A stretch of 64,000 bases of DNA from Squalus acanthias (taxonomy: Eukaryota), in assembly GCA_030390025.1 (NCBI GenBank), contig CM059432.1, positions 18,850,001 to 18,914,000 on the forward strand. Direction: 5' to 3'. Positions 36,475 through 50,854 of the stretch are shown piece by piece. A model generated the notes under the pieces. It worked only from the letters and a program-made list of their open reading frames with translations, ran no database searches and was not told where the DNA came from. Numbering within the stretch: the first letter of the stretch is position 1; each line of letters starts with the position of its first letter. Position numbers and translations under genes: made by a program.

Positions 36475-39152
36475 ATATATACCACAAAAAGCAAGGGACC
36501 TAGTACTGAGCCCTGCGGAACCCCACTGGAAACAGCCTTCCAGTCACAAAAACACCCATCAACCGTTACCCTCTGCTTCCTGTCTCCGAGCCATTTTGAA
36601 TGCAACTTGACACTTTTGCCCTGGATCCCATGGGCTTTTAACTTCATGACCAGTCTGCCATGTGGAACCTTATCAAAAGCCTTGCTAAAGTCCATATACA
36701 CTGCATCAAAGGCACCACCCTTGTCTACCCTCCTTGTTACCTCCTCAAAAATATCAATCAAGTTTGTCAGACACGACCTTCCCTTAACAAATCTGTGCTG
36801 ATTATCCTTGATTAATCCGTGTCTTTCTAAATGAAGATTTATCCTGTCCTTCAGGATTCTTTCCAATAATTTTCCCACCACCGAGGTTAGGCTGACTGGC
36901 CTGTAATTACTCGGTCTATCCTTTTCTCCCTTTTTAAACAAGGGTAGCACATTAGCAGTCCTCCGGCACCACACCTGAAGCCAGAGAGGATTTAAAAATG
37001 ATGGTCAGGGCCTCTGCTATTTCCTCTTTTGCTTCGCTTAACAGCCTGGGATACATTTCATCTGGGCCTGGGGATTTATCCACTTTTAAAGCTGCTAAAC
37101 CCCTTAATACTTCCTCTCTCACTATGTTTATTTCATCTAATATTTCACACTCCTCCCCCCTGATAGCAATGTCTGCTTCACCCCTCTCCTTTGTGAAAAC
37201 AGATGCAAAGTATTCATTAAGAACCCTACCGGCGTCTCCCGCCTCCACACACAGAATAGTCTCATGATCTCTAATAGGCCCTACCCTTTCTTTAATTATC
37301 CTCTTACTCTTAATATATTTATAAAACATCTTTAGGTTTTCCTTGATTTTACTTGCCAAGAATTTTTCATGCTCTCTCTTTGCTTTCCTAATATCCTTTT
37401 TAATTGCACCTCTGCACTTTCTGTACTCCTCTAAAGATTCTGGAGTATTTAGCCCTCGCTATCTGTCATACGCCTCCCTTTTTTTCTTTATCCTACCCTG
37501 TAGACATCCAGGGGACTCTAGATTTGTTAGTCCCACCGTTTTTCTTTAAGGGCACATATTTGGTCTGAACCCTCCAGATCTCCTCCTTGAATGCCTCCCA
37601 CTGCTCTGACACTGATTTACCTTCAAGTAGCTGTTTCCAGTCCATTATGGCTAAATCCCCTCTGAGCCTAGCAAAATTTGCTTTTCCCCAATTTAGAATT
37701 TTTATTCCTGGCCTATCCTTGCCCTTTTCCATAACTACCTTAAATCTAACAGAATTATGGTCACTAGCACCAAAATGCTCCCCCACTGATACGCCTTCCA
37801 CCTGCCCAGCTTCATTCCCTAAAACTAAGTCCAGAACCGCCCCCTCCCTTGTTGGGCTTGCTACATATTGGCTCAAAAAGTTCTCCTGGATGCATTTTAG
37901 AAATTCCGCACCCTCTATACCCTTCACACTAATTTTATCCCAGTTAATATTGGGGTAGTTGAAATCCCCTACTATTACTGCCCTATAGTTTTTGCACTTC
38001 TCAGAAATTTGTCTACATATTTGTTCTTTTATCTCCCTCTCACTGTTTGGGGGTCTGTAGTACACTCCCAGCAGTGTGATCTCCCCTTTTTTGTTTTTCA
38101 ATTCAACCCATATGGCCTCGTTTGATGATCCCTCCAACATATCATCCCTCCTCACAGCTGTAATAGTTTTTTTAATCAGTACCGCGACCCCCCCCTCCCT
38201 TTTTACCTCCCTCTCTATCCCGTCTGAAAATCCTGTAATAGGAATGTTGAGCTGCCATACCCGCCCCTCTTTCAGCCATGCCTCTGTAATAGCGATAATA
38301 TCATAGTCCCAAGTATCTACCTGTGCCCTCAGCTCATTTGCCTTTTTCGCTATACTCCTTGCATTGAAGTATATACCATTTAGTACAGGCAAACCTCTTT
38401 GTTGACTACTATCTAGCCCTTAATTCCTCTGTCCTTCCAATTTACTTTCTACGTTTTTGTTTTCCAATTCCAGTTTTTCTTCCCTCCCTATTGACTCTAT
38501 ACTTAGGTTCCCATCCCCCTGCCAAGCTAGTTTATCCCTCCCCAACAGCACTAGCAAACCCTCCCGCGAGGATATTGGTCCCGTTGAGGTGCAACCCGTC
38601 TGGCTTGTAAAGGTCTCACCTCCCCCAGAAACAGTTCCAATTCCTCAGGAATCTAAAGCCCTCCCTCCTACACCATCTTTCCAGCCACGCATTCATCTGC
38701 TCAATCTTCCTATTTCTGTACTCACTAGCACGTGGCACTTGTAGTAATCCGGAGATTACTACCTTTGAGGTCCTGCTTTTTAACCTCTTCCCTAGCTCCC
38801 TAAACTCTGCCTGCAGGACCTCATCCCTCTTCCTACCTATGTCGTTGGTACCGATATGGACCACGACCTCTGGCTGTTCACCCTCCACCCTCAGAATATC
38901 CTGCAGCCTTTCAGTGACATCCATGACCCTGGAACCAGGGAGGCAACATACCATCCTGGATTCACATCTGCGGCTGTAGAAACGCCTGTCTGCTCCCCTA
39001 ACTATTGAATCCCCTATCACTATTGCTCTCCCTCTCCTCTTCCCCCCCACCTGTGCAGCTGAGCCTTCCATGGTGCTGTGGACTTGGCTCTGGCTGCACT
39101 CCCCAGAGGAACCATCCCCCTCACCAGTACTCAGCACCGAATACTGGTTTTC
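36475..39152 (-). mobile_element. CR1 internal fragment (esterase, APE, RT N-terminal part)
   Basis: ORFs 38616-39194 (IGDS, HIGTND), 37493-38392, 36438-37359. Confidence 0.92.
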
Positions 39153-39272
39153 AGGGCCTAAAACAATTTTGTGAGGAATACAAGACTTTAACATCTACTA
39201 TCCTGATGGCATAAATCACACAGGTTTCTATGTGCTGAGTATTAAGTCTTGAGCACAATAATAGAGTATAAT

Positions 39273-40036
39273 GGCCCAGAAATTCCGGTCGGAGGCTTCC
39301 CGCGGGCGCAAGCCCCCGACCTGCACTTAAGAAGCGCGCCTACCATTATGCTCTGGGCCCGCGCAGAATTCCGTGCCTGTGCCTGCTCCAGCTGCCGGTG
39401 TGCAGCGCACGCGTATCCCAGGGGCGCAGCTAGTTTGCAGCATCCCTGGGATCACGTGGGCCATGGGGAGCTAATCGGAGCAGGGAATCTCTATTCATAG
39501 ATTTGACAGGATGACCTGTCAAATCTATGAATAGAGATCGGCCCCAAAACCTAAGTGAAACTTCAAATACATTTTTTTAAAAAAATCACATTTTTAAAAT
39601 AACTATAAATTACATAAATTAACTGCTTTAAACAAAAATTTAAATTTTTGAAAAAAATAATTAAAGTTTTTAACAGGGCTAAAAATAAACTTACCTTTCT
39701 TTAAAGTATTTTAAAATGATAAACCTGTGGAAAAAATGTTTTACTTTTACTTTCTTCACCTCTTACCTTGTTAAAAACAGGCCTTGCGCCTGCTTTTTCC
39801 ACGCGCAGCTGCGAGGGACTTACCCGCACTACATCAACTGAGAAAAAAACGGAAGTTCGATGAGTACGCCCTGCCTCTCCGGCGCACGAAGTTGACCTCC
39901 GAACCCCTTCCTTCAAGAGAATGGAAGTTCCGGTTTCCAGCACATGCGCAGTGCATGCGCAAAACTGGCACTTCCATTAGCCCTACGGGTGAGTAAACAG
40001 CACGTACTCACCCGTAGGGAACGGAATTTCAGGGCC
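39273..40036. mobile_element. Harbinger-type MITE, family B, copy 3
   Basis: TIRs GGCCCAGAAATTCCG / CGGAATTTCAGGGCC; TSD AAT. Confidence 0.88.
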
Positions 40037-40249
40037 AATGTATTATACTCTTTATCTAAAAAGGGAGAAGGGCAGTAATTTTGGAAAAGTAATTTTATTG
40101 TAAGGTATACTGTACTTTTACGCAAGAGATCCTGTTTGAAGGAAAGGGTTGAATCAAGTATTCCCACCAGTTCCCAATCTATTTTCTTTCCTTTCTCCAT
40201 GTTCGGTGTCCACCATAGGCCTCTCTTCCTTATTAAAAAATGCTCCAAC

Positions 40250-40698
40250 ACATGAGGATTAGAGTAGACTAGGCCTATATCCTCTAGAGTTTAGAAGAAT
40301 GAGAGGTGATCTCATTGAAACATACAAAATTCTCACAGGGCTTGACGGGGTAGATGCAGGGAGGATGTTTCCCCTGGCTGGGGAGTCTAGAACCAGGGCG
40401 TCACAGTCTCAGAATAAGAGGTCAGCCATTTAGGACTGAGATTATGAGAAATTTCTTCACTCAGAGGGTGGTGAATCTTTGGAATTCTCTACCCCAGAGG
40501 GCTGTGGAGGCTCAGTCATTGAGTATATTCAAGACAGAGATCGATAGATTTTTGAATATTAAGGGAATCAAGGGATATGGGGATAGTTCAGTAAAGTGGA
40601 GATGAAGTAGAAGATCAGCCATGATCTCATTGAATGGCGGAGCAGGCTCGAAGGGCCAAATGGCCTACTCCTGCTCCTATTTCTTATGTTCTTATGTT
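40250..40698 (+). mobile_element. CR1 3' fragment
   Basis: FFTQRVVNLWNSLP; TTCTTATG tail. Confidence 0.9.
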
Positions 40699-40827
40699 AT
40701 TATTGCTATGTAAATGTTGCATGTTGTTAGGTTTGGACTCTAAGCCTAGAAATGTACACTACACACAAAAATGATTTTATTTTTAAATTGTCAATGCATT
40801 CTGATTTTCCTCCCCTTGCTTTCTCTG

Positions 40828-42450
40828 ATTTTTTTTATATTTGTTCCTGGGATGTGGGCATCACTGGCGGGGCCAGCATTTATTGCCCATCCCTAATTGC
40901 CCTTGAGATGGTGGTGGCGAGCCGCCTTCTTGAACCGCTGCAGTCCATGTGGTGAAGGTATTCCCACAGTGCTGTTAGGGAGGGAGTTCCAGGATTTTGA
41001 CCCAACGACGATGAAGGAACGACGATATGTTTCCAAGTCAGGATGGTGTGTAACTTGGAGGGGAACTTGGCGGTGATGGCTTTCCCATGCGCCTGCTGCC
41101 CTTGTCCTTCTAGTTGGTAGAGGTTGCGGGTTTGGGAGGTGCTGTTGTAGAAGCCTTGGTGGGTTGCTACATAAGAACATAAGAACATAAGAAATAAGCA
41201 GGAGTAGGCCATTCGGCCCTTCAAGCCTGCTCCGTCATTCAATGAGATCATGGCTGATCTTCTGCCTCAACTCCATTTACCGGCCCTATCGCCATATCCC
41301 TTGATGCCCTTACTAGTTAGAAATCTATCAACTTCAGTTTTGAATATACCCAATGACTGAGCCTCCACAGCCCTCTCGGGTAGAGAATTCCAAAGATTCA
41401 CCACCCTCTGTGTGAAGAAATTTCTTCTCATCTCTGTCCTGAATGGCCTACCCTTTACCCTGAAGCTCTGGCCCCTGGTTCTAGACTCCCCAGCCAAGGG
41501 AAACATTCTCCCAGCATCCACCCTAACAAGCCCTGTAATAATTTTGTATGCTTCAATGAGATTCCCTCTCATTCTTCTGAATTCAAGAGAATACAGGCCT
41601 AGTTTACTCAATCTCTTCTCATACGACAGTCCCGCCATCCCAGGAAACAATCTTGTGAACCTTCGTTGCACTCCCTCTATGACAAGTATATCCTTTCTTA
41701 GGTAAGGAGACCAAAATTGTACACAGTACTGCAGATGTGGTCTCACCAAAGCCCTATATAATTGGAGTAAGACTTCTTTACTCCTGTACTCAAATCCTCT
41801 TGTAATGAAGGCCAGCATACAATTTGCCTTCCTAATGGCTTGCTGCACCTGCACATTCACTTTCAGTGACTCATGTACAAGGACACCCAGGTCCCTTTGA
41901 GCATCTGCATTCCCCAATCTTTCACCATTTAGGAAATACTCTGCCTTTCTGTTTTTTCTACCAAAGTGAATAACTTCACATTTATCCACATTATATTCCA
42001 TCTGCCATGTTCTTGCCCACTCACTGAGCCTGTCGAGATCCCCTTGAAGCCCCTTCACATCCTCTTCACAACTGACACTGCCACCTAGCTTTGTATCATC
42101 AGCAAATTTGGAAATGTTACATTTAGTCCCCTCATCCAAATCACTGATATAGATTGTGAATAGCTGGGACCCAAGCACCGATCCTTGCGGTACCCTACTA
42201 GTCACAGGCTGCCATCCTGAAAAAGACCCATTTATCCCTACACTGCAGCCATGGTGCACTGGTGGTGGAGGGAGTGAATATTTAAGGTGGTAGATGGGGT
42301 GCAGATCAAGCAGGCTGCTTTGTCCTGGATGGTGTCGAGTTTCTTGAGTGTTGTTGGAGCTGCACTCATCCAGACAACTGGAGAGTATTCCCTCACACTC
42401 CTGACTTGTGCCTTGTAGATGGTGGAAAGGATTTGGGGAGTCAGAAGTTG
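40828..42450 (-). mobile_element. Poly(A)-tailed CR1-group fragment (same family as 21481) split by a CR1 at 41169-42240
   Basis: 40828-41168 and 42241-42450 match 21481-22050; inner CR1 has RT FADD and a CATAAGAA tail. Confidence 0.85.
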
Positions 42451-42455
42451 AGACA

Positions 42456-42628
42456 GGGCTGATTATAATTTTCTGCAGTGGTGGAAATTGCCCAGTAGTG
42501 GATTGGCCGGCCACTATACACCCCATCCTGATTTTCCTTTCCATTGAAGTCACTGAGCTTGGGTGTGTAACGGGAAGCCGATTCATGTCTGTCCACTTTC
42601 CGCCACTGCCGAAAGTTAAAATCAGCCT
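42456..42628. mobile_element. Short MITE with about 32-bp imperfect TIRs
   Basis: GGGCTGATTATAATTTTCTGCAGTGGTGGAAA pairs with TTTCCGCCACTGCCGAAAGTTAAAATCAGCCT; no clear TSD. Confidence 0.6.
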
Positions 42629-44820
42629 TAATGTATCAAAGATTTCTTTCCAAAATATCAACCATTTCCTTACTGTTGTATTCTCTGCTATTTTTCAATG
42701 TACTGGGAATGATATTCCCATTGGCCCGAGCAGGTAGTAATACTGCCGCCAGGTGTAAGGCAATACTGCAGTTGATAGCTGCATCAGTAGTAAGTTACCA
42801 GGAGGTTCTCTCTCAACACCACTAGTAAGGAACCTGCCCATTTATTGCTGTGGGCATGTAGTCCCTGTTGTGTGTGGCGTGTGAGGCCTCTTATTGAACT
42901 GGTTTGAAGTATTCTGGCAATTCTGTGATAGAAACATAGAAACATAGAAGATAGGATCAGGAGTAGGCCATTCGGCCCCTCGAGCCTGCTCCGCCATTCA
43001 ATGCGATCATGGCTGATCATCCAAATTCAGTACCCTGTCCCTGCTTTCTCCCCATATCCCTTGATCCCCTTAGCTTTAAGAAATATATCTAACTCCTTCT
43101 TTTATATATTTAATGAATTGGACTCAACTGCCTTCTGTGGTAGAGAATTCCACAGGTTCACCACTCTCTGGGTGAAGAAATTCCGCCTATTCTCAGTCCT
43201 AAATGGCTTACCCCTTATCCTTAGAATGTGACCCCTGGTTCTGGACTCCCCCGCCATCGGGAACATCCTTCCTGCATCTAGTCTGTCTAGTCCCGTTAGA
43301 ATTTTATACGTTTCAATGCAATCCCCTCTCATTCTTCTAAACTCTAGCAAATACAAGCACAATCGACCCAAACTCTCTTCATACATCATTCCTGCCATCC
43401 CAGGTATCAGTCTGGTGAATCTTCGCTGCACTCTCTCCATGGTAAAAACATCCTTCCTCAGATAAGGCGACCAAAACTGCACACAATACTCAAGGTGTGG
43501 TCTCACCAAGGCCCTGTACAACTGCAGCAAGACATCCTTGTTCCTGTACTCGAAACCTCTCGCTATGAAGGCCAACATACCATTTGCCTTCTTCACCGCC
43601 TGCTGCACCTGCATGCTTACCTTCAGCGACTGGTGCACAAGGACACCCAGGTCTCGTTGCACTTCCCCTTTTCCCAATCTATTGCCGTTCAGATAATAAT
43701 CTGCCTTCCTGTTTTTGCCACCAAAGTGGATAACCTCACATTTATCCACATTATACTGCATCTGCCATGCATCTGCCCAATCACCCAACCTGTCCAAATC
43801 ATACTGGAGTTTCTCTGCATCCTCCTCACAGCACACATGCCCACCCAGCTTTGTGTCGTCTGCAAATTTGGAGATATTACATCTAGTTCCCTCGTCTAGA
43901 TCATTAATATATATTGCGAATAGCTGGGGTCCTAGCACCGATCCCTGCGGTACCCCACTAGTCACTGCCTGCCACTCGGAAAAAGATCCGTTTATTCCAA
44001 CTCTTTGCTTCCTGTCTGCCAACCAGTTTTCTATCCAAGACAGTACCTTACCCCCAATCCCGTGTGCTTTAACTTTGCATGCTAATCTCTTATGTTGGAC
44101 CTTATCGAAAGCCTTCTGAAAGTCTAAATACACCACTTCCACTGGTTCTCCCTTATCTGTTCTACCAGTTACATCCTCAAAAAATTCCAGTAGATTAGTC
44201 AAGCATGATATACCTTTTATAAATCCATGTTGACTTTGTCTGATCCTGTCACTGTTTTCCAAGTGCTCTGCTATTACATCTTTTATAATGGACTCTAGCA
44301 TTTTCCCCACTACCGATGTCAGGCTTACCGGTCTATAATTCCCCGTTTTCTCTCTACCACCTTTTTAAAATAGTGGTGTTACATTAGCTACCCTCCAATC
44401 CATGGGAACTGTTCCAGAGTCTATAGAATTTTGGAAGATGACCAGCAATGCATCTACTATTTCTCGGGCCACTTCCTTAAGTATCCTAGAATGTAGATTA
44501 TCAGGCCCTGGGGATTTATCGGCCTTCAATCCCATCAATTTCCCTCATACCATTTCCCTACAAATACTGATTTCATTCAGTTCCTCCCTCTCATTAGACC
44601 CTATGTTCCCCAACATCTCTGGGAGGTTATCTGTGTCCTCCTTTGTGAAGACAGAACCAAAGTATGTATTAATTGGTCTGCCATTTATTTGTTCCCCATT
44701 ATAAATTCCCCTGATTCTGACTGCAAGGGACCTACGCTTGACTTCACCAAACTTTTTCTCTTCACATATCTATAGAAGCTTTTACAGTCAGGTTTTATGT
44801 TTCCTGCAAGCTTACTCTCA

Positions 44821-47800
44821 TGTTGCAAAGAAGGGAGGGAAAAAGAGTGGCAGGGCTATAGTAATAGGGGATTCGATTGTAAGGGGAATAGATAGGGGTT
44901 TCTGTGGTCGTGACCGAGACTCCAGGATGGTATGTTGCCTCCCTGGTGCAAGGGTCAAGGATGTCTCGGCGCGGGTGCAGAACATTCTGGAGGGGGAGGG
45001 GGAACAGCCAGTTGTCGTGATACATGTTGGTACCAACGACGTAGCTAAAAAAATGGAAGAGGTCCTACAAGTAGAATTTAGGGAGTTAGGAGCCAAGCTA
45101 AAAAGTAGGACCTCGAAGGTAGTAATCTCTGGATTACTACCAGTGCCACGTGCTAGTAAGAGTACAGAGAACAGGATAGTTAGGCTAAATACGTGGCTTG
45201 AGCAGTGGTGTAAGAGGGAGAGTTTTAAATTTTTCAGGCATTGGAACCAGTTTTGTGGTAGGTGTGACCTATACAAAAGGGACGGTCTACACCTGTGCAA
45301 AGATGGAACTGATGTTCTCGGGGTAATTTTTGATAAAGCAGTTTGGGAGCATTTAAACTAGTATGGCAGGGGGCTTGAAACCTATGTAGTGAAATAGAGG
45401 AAAGTGAAAGGCAGACAGAAATAAATGGTAAAAGGGTGAGGAACAAAAAACAAAGGGCCAAACTAATTCATAAAAAATGTGAGCATAAAAAAAGCCTGAG
45501 GGTTTTATACCTTAATGCGAGAAGCATCAGGAACAAGGTAGATGAATTAGCTGTGGAAATAGAGGTTAATAATTATGATCTAATTGGGATTACGGAAACA
45601 TGGTTGCAGGGTGAGCAGGGCTGGGAGCTTAACATACAGGGGTATTCAGTATTTAGGAAGGATCGACAAAAAAGAAAGGGAGGAGGGGTAGCATTGCTGG
45701 TAAAAGAGGGGATAAATGCAATTGAAAGGAAGGATATTAACTCAGTTAATACAGAATCTATATGGGTGGAGCTAAGAAATAGCGAGGGGCGAAAAACATT
45801 AATAGGAGTGGTATATAGGCCTCCAAATAGTAAAATAGAGGTTGGGGAGGGCATCACGAGGGAAATTAGAGAAGCGTGCAATAAGAGCACAGCTGTCATC
45901 ATAGGTGACTTTAACTTACATATAGATTGGACTAGCCTAATCAGTAAAAAAAATGAGGAGGAGGAATTCCTTGAGTGTTTAAGGGATGGTTATCTGGATC
46001 AATATGTCGAGGAACCAACTCGGGAACAGGCTATATTGGACTGGGTACTGTGCAATGAGAAGGGACTAATTAGTAATCTTGTTGTACGGGGACCCTTGGG
46101 TCAGAGCGATCATAACATGATCGATTTCTCACTCGAAATGGAGAGCGAAGAAATTGACTCAGAGACTAAGGTCCTGAATTTAAACAAGGGGAATTATGAT
46201 GCCATTAGACGGGAACTGAGTAGGTCTGATTGGACAACGTTCCTGGGAGGACTGGAGGTAGATAAACAATGGCAAGCATTTAAAGATAGAATGACAAAAT
46301 TGCAAAAATTGTTTATACCAATCTGGCATAAAAGGAAATCTAAAAAGGTGACTCAACCGTGGATAACAGGGGAAATTAGAGACAGCATAAAATCCAAAGA
46401 TAGGGCGTATAAAATAGCCAAAAAAAGCGCCAGAGCGGAAGATTGGGAACAGTTTAAGATAGAGCAAAGGAGGACAAAGGGCTTAATCAAGAGGGGCAAA
46501 ATAGCTTACGAAAGCAAGCTGGCGGAAAATATAAAAACTAACTCCAAAAGCTTTTATAAGTATATCAAGAGGAAAAGACTGGTGAAAACCAAAGTTGGTC
46601 CATTGCAGTCAGATACGGGGGAATATATAACGGGAAATAAGGAAATGGCAGACCAACTAAATGCATACTTTGGGTCAGTCTTTAAGAAGGAAGACACAAC
46701 AAACCTTTCCTGGGATATCGGGAAAAATAGGGACATTGGCAAAGGAGGAACTGACGCAAATCAATATCTTTAAGGATATGGTGTTAAGGAAGCTAAAGAG
46801 ATTGAAGGCGGACAAATCCCCAGGGCCTGATAACATGCATCCTAGGGTACTGAAGGAGGTGGCCCTAGAGATAGCAGATGCACTAAGTATGATTTTTCAG
46901 AATTCATTAGACTCGGGAACAGTGCCCATGGATTGGAGGGTAGCTAACGTTACCCCACTATTCAAAAAGGGGGGTAGGGAAAAAGCAGGTAATTACAGAC
47001 CTGTAAGCCTTACATCAGTTGTGGGCAAAATGCTGGAGTCCATCATTAAGGATGAAATAGCGGAGCACTTAGCAAATGGGGACAGGATAGGACAGAGTCA
47101 ACATGGATTTACAAAGGGTAAATCGTGCTTGACTAATCTATTGGAATTTTTTGAGGGAGTAACTGGTAAAATAGATGGGGGAGAGCCAGTAGATGTGGTG
47201 TACCTGGACTTCCAAAAGGCCTTCGACAAGGTCCCACATAAAAGATTAGCATGGAAAATTGAAGCTCATGGGATAAAGGGGAAAGTATTGACGTGGATAG
47301 AGAACTGGCTGTCAGATAGAAAACAGAGAGTTGGAATAAACGGCTCATTTTCTGAATGGCAGGCAGTAACAAGTGGGGTACCACAGGGATCTGTCCTGGG
47401 TCCCCAGCTGTTCACAATTTACATTAATGACCTGGATCAGGGAGTCGGATGCAGCATTTCCAAATTTGCAGACGACACTAAACTAGGAGGGGGGGTGGGC
47501 TCAGAGGAGGAGACCAGGAAGCTCCAGAGCGATTTGGACAGACTGGGTGATTGGGCGGATAAATGGCAGATGCACTATAATGTGGACAAGTGCGAAGTTA
47601 TCCACCTTGGGTGCAGGAACGGGAGGGCAAATTATTATTTAAATGGCAATAAATTGGGAGAGGGGGAAGTACAGAGAGACCTGGGTGTTCTTGTACACCA
47701 GTCACTGAAGGCGAGCATGCAGGTGCAACAGGCGGTCAAGAAGGCAAACGGTATGCTGGCCTTCATAGCAGAAGGGTTGGAATACAGGAACAGGGATACC

Positions 47801-48406
47801 TTGCTGCAGCTGTACAGGGCACTGGTGAGACCACACCTCGAGTACTGTGTACAGTTTTGGTCGCCTCATCTGAGGAAAGATGTTCTTGCCTTGGAGGGGG
47901 TGCAGCGGCGATTCACCAGGCTGATACCAGGAATGGCGGGATTGACCTATGAGGAGAGACTATGTAGTTTAGGGATGTACACACTGGAGTTTAGAAGATT
48001 GAGAGGGGACCTCATAGAAGTGTATAAAATTCTGACAGGTCTAGACAGACTAGATGCAGAAGGAATGTTTCCCTTGGCGGGTGAGAACAGAACTAGAGGA
48101 CATAATTTAAGGATAAGGGCTAAACCATTTAGGACAGAAATGAGGGGGAATTTCTTCACTCAGAGGGTGGTGAACCTGTGGAACTCATTGCCACAGAGGG
48201 CAGTGTACGCCAGCTCATTAAATATATTTAAGAGGGAATTAGATATATTTCTACAGGCAAAAGGGGTTAAGGGTTACGGAGAGAAGGCGGGGACGGGATA
48301 CTGAATTGGAGGATCAGCCATGATCTCATTAAATGGCGGAGCAGGCTCGAAGGGCCGGATGGCCTACTCCTGCTCCTATCTTCTATGTATCTATGTATCT
48401 ATGTAT
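44821..48406 (+). mobile_element. Young CR1, near-identical to 29823-33362
   Basis: ORFs 44738-45361, 45436-46773, 46661-48304; CTATGTAT tail; splits the antisense host CR1. Confidence 0.95.
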
Positions 48407-50854
48407 TCTATTTTCCCCCTCTTAATTAATCCCTTTGTCCTCCTTTGCTGAATCCTAAACTGCTCCCAATCCTCAGGTTTGCTGCTTTTTCTGGCCAATT
48501 TATATGTACTCTCCTTGGATCTTATGCTATCCCTAATTTCCCTTGTTAGCCATGGTTGAGTCACCTTTATTGTTTTATTTTTATGCCAAACAGGGATGAA
48601 CAAATTCTGTAGTTCTTCCATGCAATCTTTAAATGTTTGCCATTGCCTATCCACCGTCAACCCTTTAAGTAACATTCCCCAATCCATCCTAGCCAACTCG
48701 TGCCTCATACCATCGTAGTTTCCTTTATTTAAATTCAGGACCCTAGTCTCTGAGTCAACTACTTCACTCTCCATCTTAATGAAGAATTCTATCATATTAT
48801 GATCGCTCCTCCCCAAGGGGCTTCGCACAATAAGATTGCTAATTAATCCTTTCTCATTACATAATACCCAGTGTAAGATGGCCTGATCTCTGGTTGGTTC
48901 CTCGACATATTGGTCCAGGAAACCATCCCGTATACACTCTAGGAATTCCTCCTCCACAGTATTGTTACTAATTTGGTTAGCCCAATCTATATGTAGATTA
49001 AAGTCACCCATGATAACTGCTGTGCCCTTCTTGCACGCGTCTCTAATTTCCCTTTTAATGCCATCCCCAACCTCAGCATTACTGTTTGGGGGTCTGTATA
49101 CAACTCCCACTAATGTTTTCTGCCCGTTGGCATTTCTCAGCTCTACCCATACAGATTCCACATCATCAGAGCTAATATCCTTCCTTACTATTGTGTTAAT
49201 CTCCTCTTTAACCAGCAATGCTACCCCACCTCCTTTTCCTTTTTGCCTGTCCTTCCTGAATATTGACTACCCCTGGTTGTTGAATTCCCAGCCTTGGTAA
49301 CCCTGGAGCCATGTCTCCGTAATCCCAATTATATCATATCCGTTTACATCTATTTGCGCAGCTAATTCTTCCACCTTATTACAAATGCTCCTCGCATTAT
49401 GACACAGAGCCTTCAGGCTTGTTTTTTTTAACACTTTTAGACCATTTAGAATTATTGTTTACTGTGGCCATGTTTGATTTACACCCTTGATTTCTCTGCC
49501 TTCCACTTTTGCTTTTCTCCTTCCTGTCTTGTGTTTCTATCCTTGCTTCCCTTTCCTCTGTCTCTCTGCACAGGTTCCCAACCCCCTGCCATTTTAGTTT
49601 AAACTCTCCCCAACAGCACGAGCAAACACTCCCCCTCGGACATCGGTCCCACTCCTGCCCAGGTGCAAACCGTCCAGTTTGTACTGGTCCCACCTCCCCC
49701 AGAACCGGTTCCAATGTCCCAGGAATTTGAATCCCTCCCCCTTGCACCATTCTTCTAGCCACGTATTCATCTGAAATATCCTTCTATTTCTACTCTGACT
49801 AGTACGTGGCACTGGTAGCAATCCTGAGATTACTACCCTTGAGGTCCTATTTTTTAATTTACCTCCTAACTCCCTATATTCAGCTTTTAGGACCTCATCC
49901 CATTTTTTACCTATATCGTTGGTACCTATATGCACCACGACAGCTGGCTGTTCACCCTCCCCCTCCAGAATGTCCTGCAGCCACTCAGAGACATCCTTGA
50001 CCATTGCACCAGGGAGGCAACATACCATCCTGGAGTCTCGTTTGCAGCCGCAGAAATGCCTATCTATTCCCCTTACAATAGAATCCCCTATCACTATAGC
50101 TCTCCCGCTCTTTTTCCTCCCCTCCTCTGCAGTAGAACCACCCATGGTACCAGGAAGTTGGTTGCTGCTGCCTTCCCCCGATAAGCCATCCCCCTCAACA
50201 ATATCCAAAGTGGTATATCTGTTTGAGAGGGGGATGGCCACAGGGGACCCCTGCACTACCTGCCTGCACCTACTACTCTGCCTGGTGGTCACCCATTCCC
50301 TTCCTGCCTGTGCAGCCTTTACCTGCGGTGTGACCAACTCATTAAATGTGATATCCACGACGTCCTCAGCATCGCAAATGCTCCAGTATGCATCCATTCA
50401 CAGCTCCAGCGCTGCAATGCGGTCTGCCAGTAGCTGCAGCTGGATACACTTCCTGCACACATGGTCATCAGGGACACAGGAGGTGTCCCTGATTTCCCAC
50501 ATAGCACAGGAGGAGCATACCACGGGGCCGAGCTGTGCTGCCATGACTTACCCTTTAATTAATTTAAATTAAATTAAATCAAATCAATACCATCAATTAC
50601 ACTACAATTAAATGTTATACTCAAGGGCCCTTGTTTACTAGCACTCCCCGCTACACAAGAGACCTTAGAAAGTATAACCACAAAATTAAGACCTTCTAAA
50701 CTTTCTAAACTATTAACCTTAACAGTCAAACTATAGAGTAGTATAAATACTCACCTGACCGTACTCACCCAATCAGCTGCTTCCTCTTGCCCGTGTCACT
50801 TTCTGAATCGTGACGTGGCTCTGGAATGCTGCCGCCGGTCTGTGAGATTGGTAA

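Noticed and set aside
41267..42661. 464-aa chimeric ORF
   Set aside because: Chance read-through across a MITE, one LINE fragment and a nested CR1 RT
43495..44119. Antisense ORFs over LINE coding regions (many in the ORF track)
   Set aside because: Shadow frames of RT or esterase sequence
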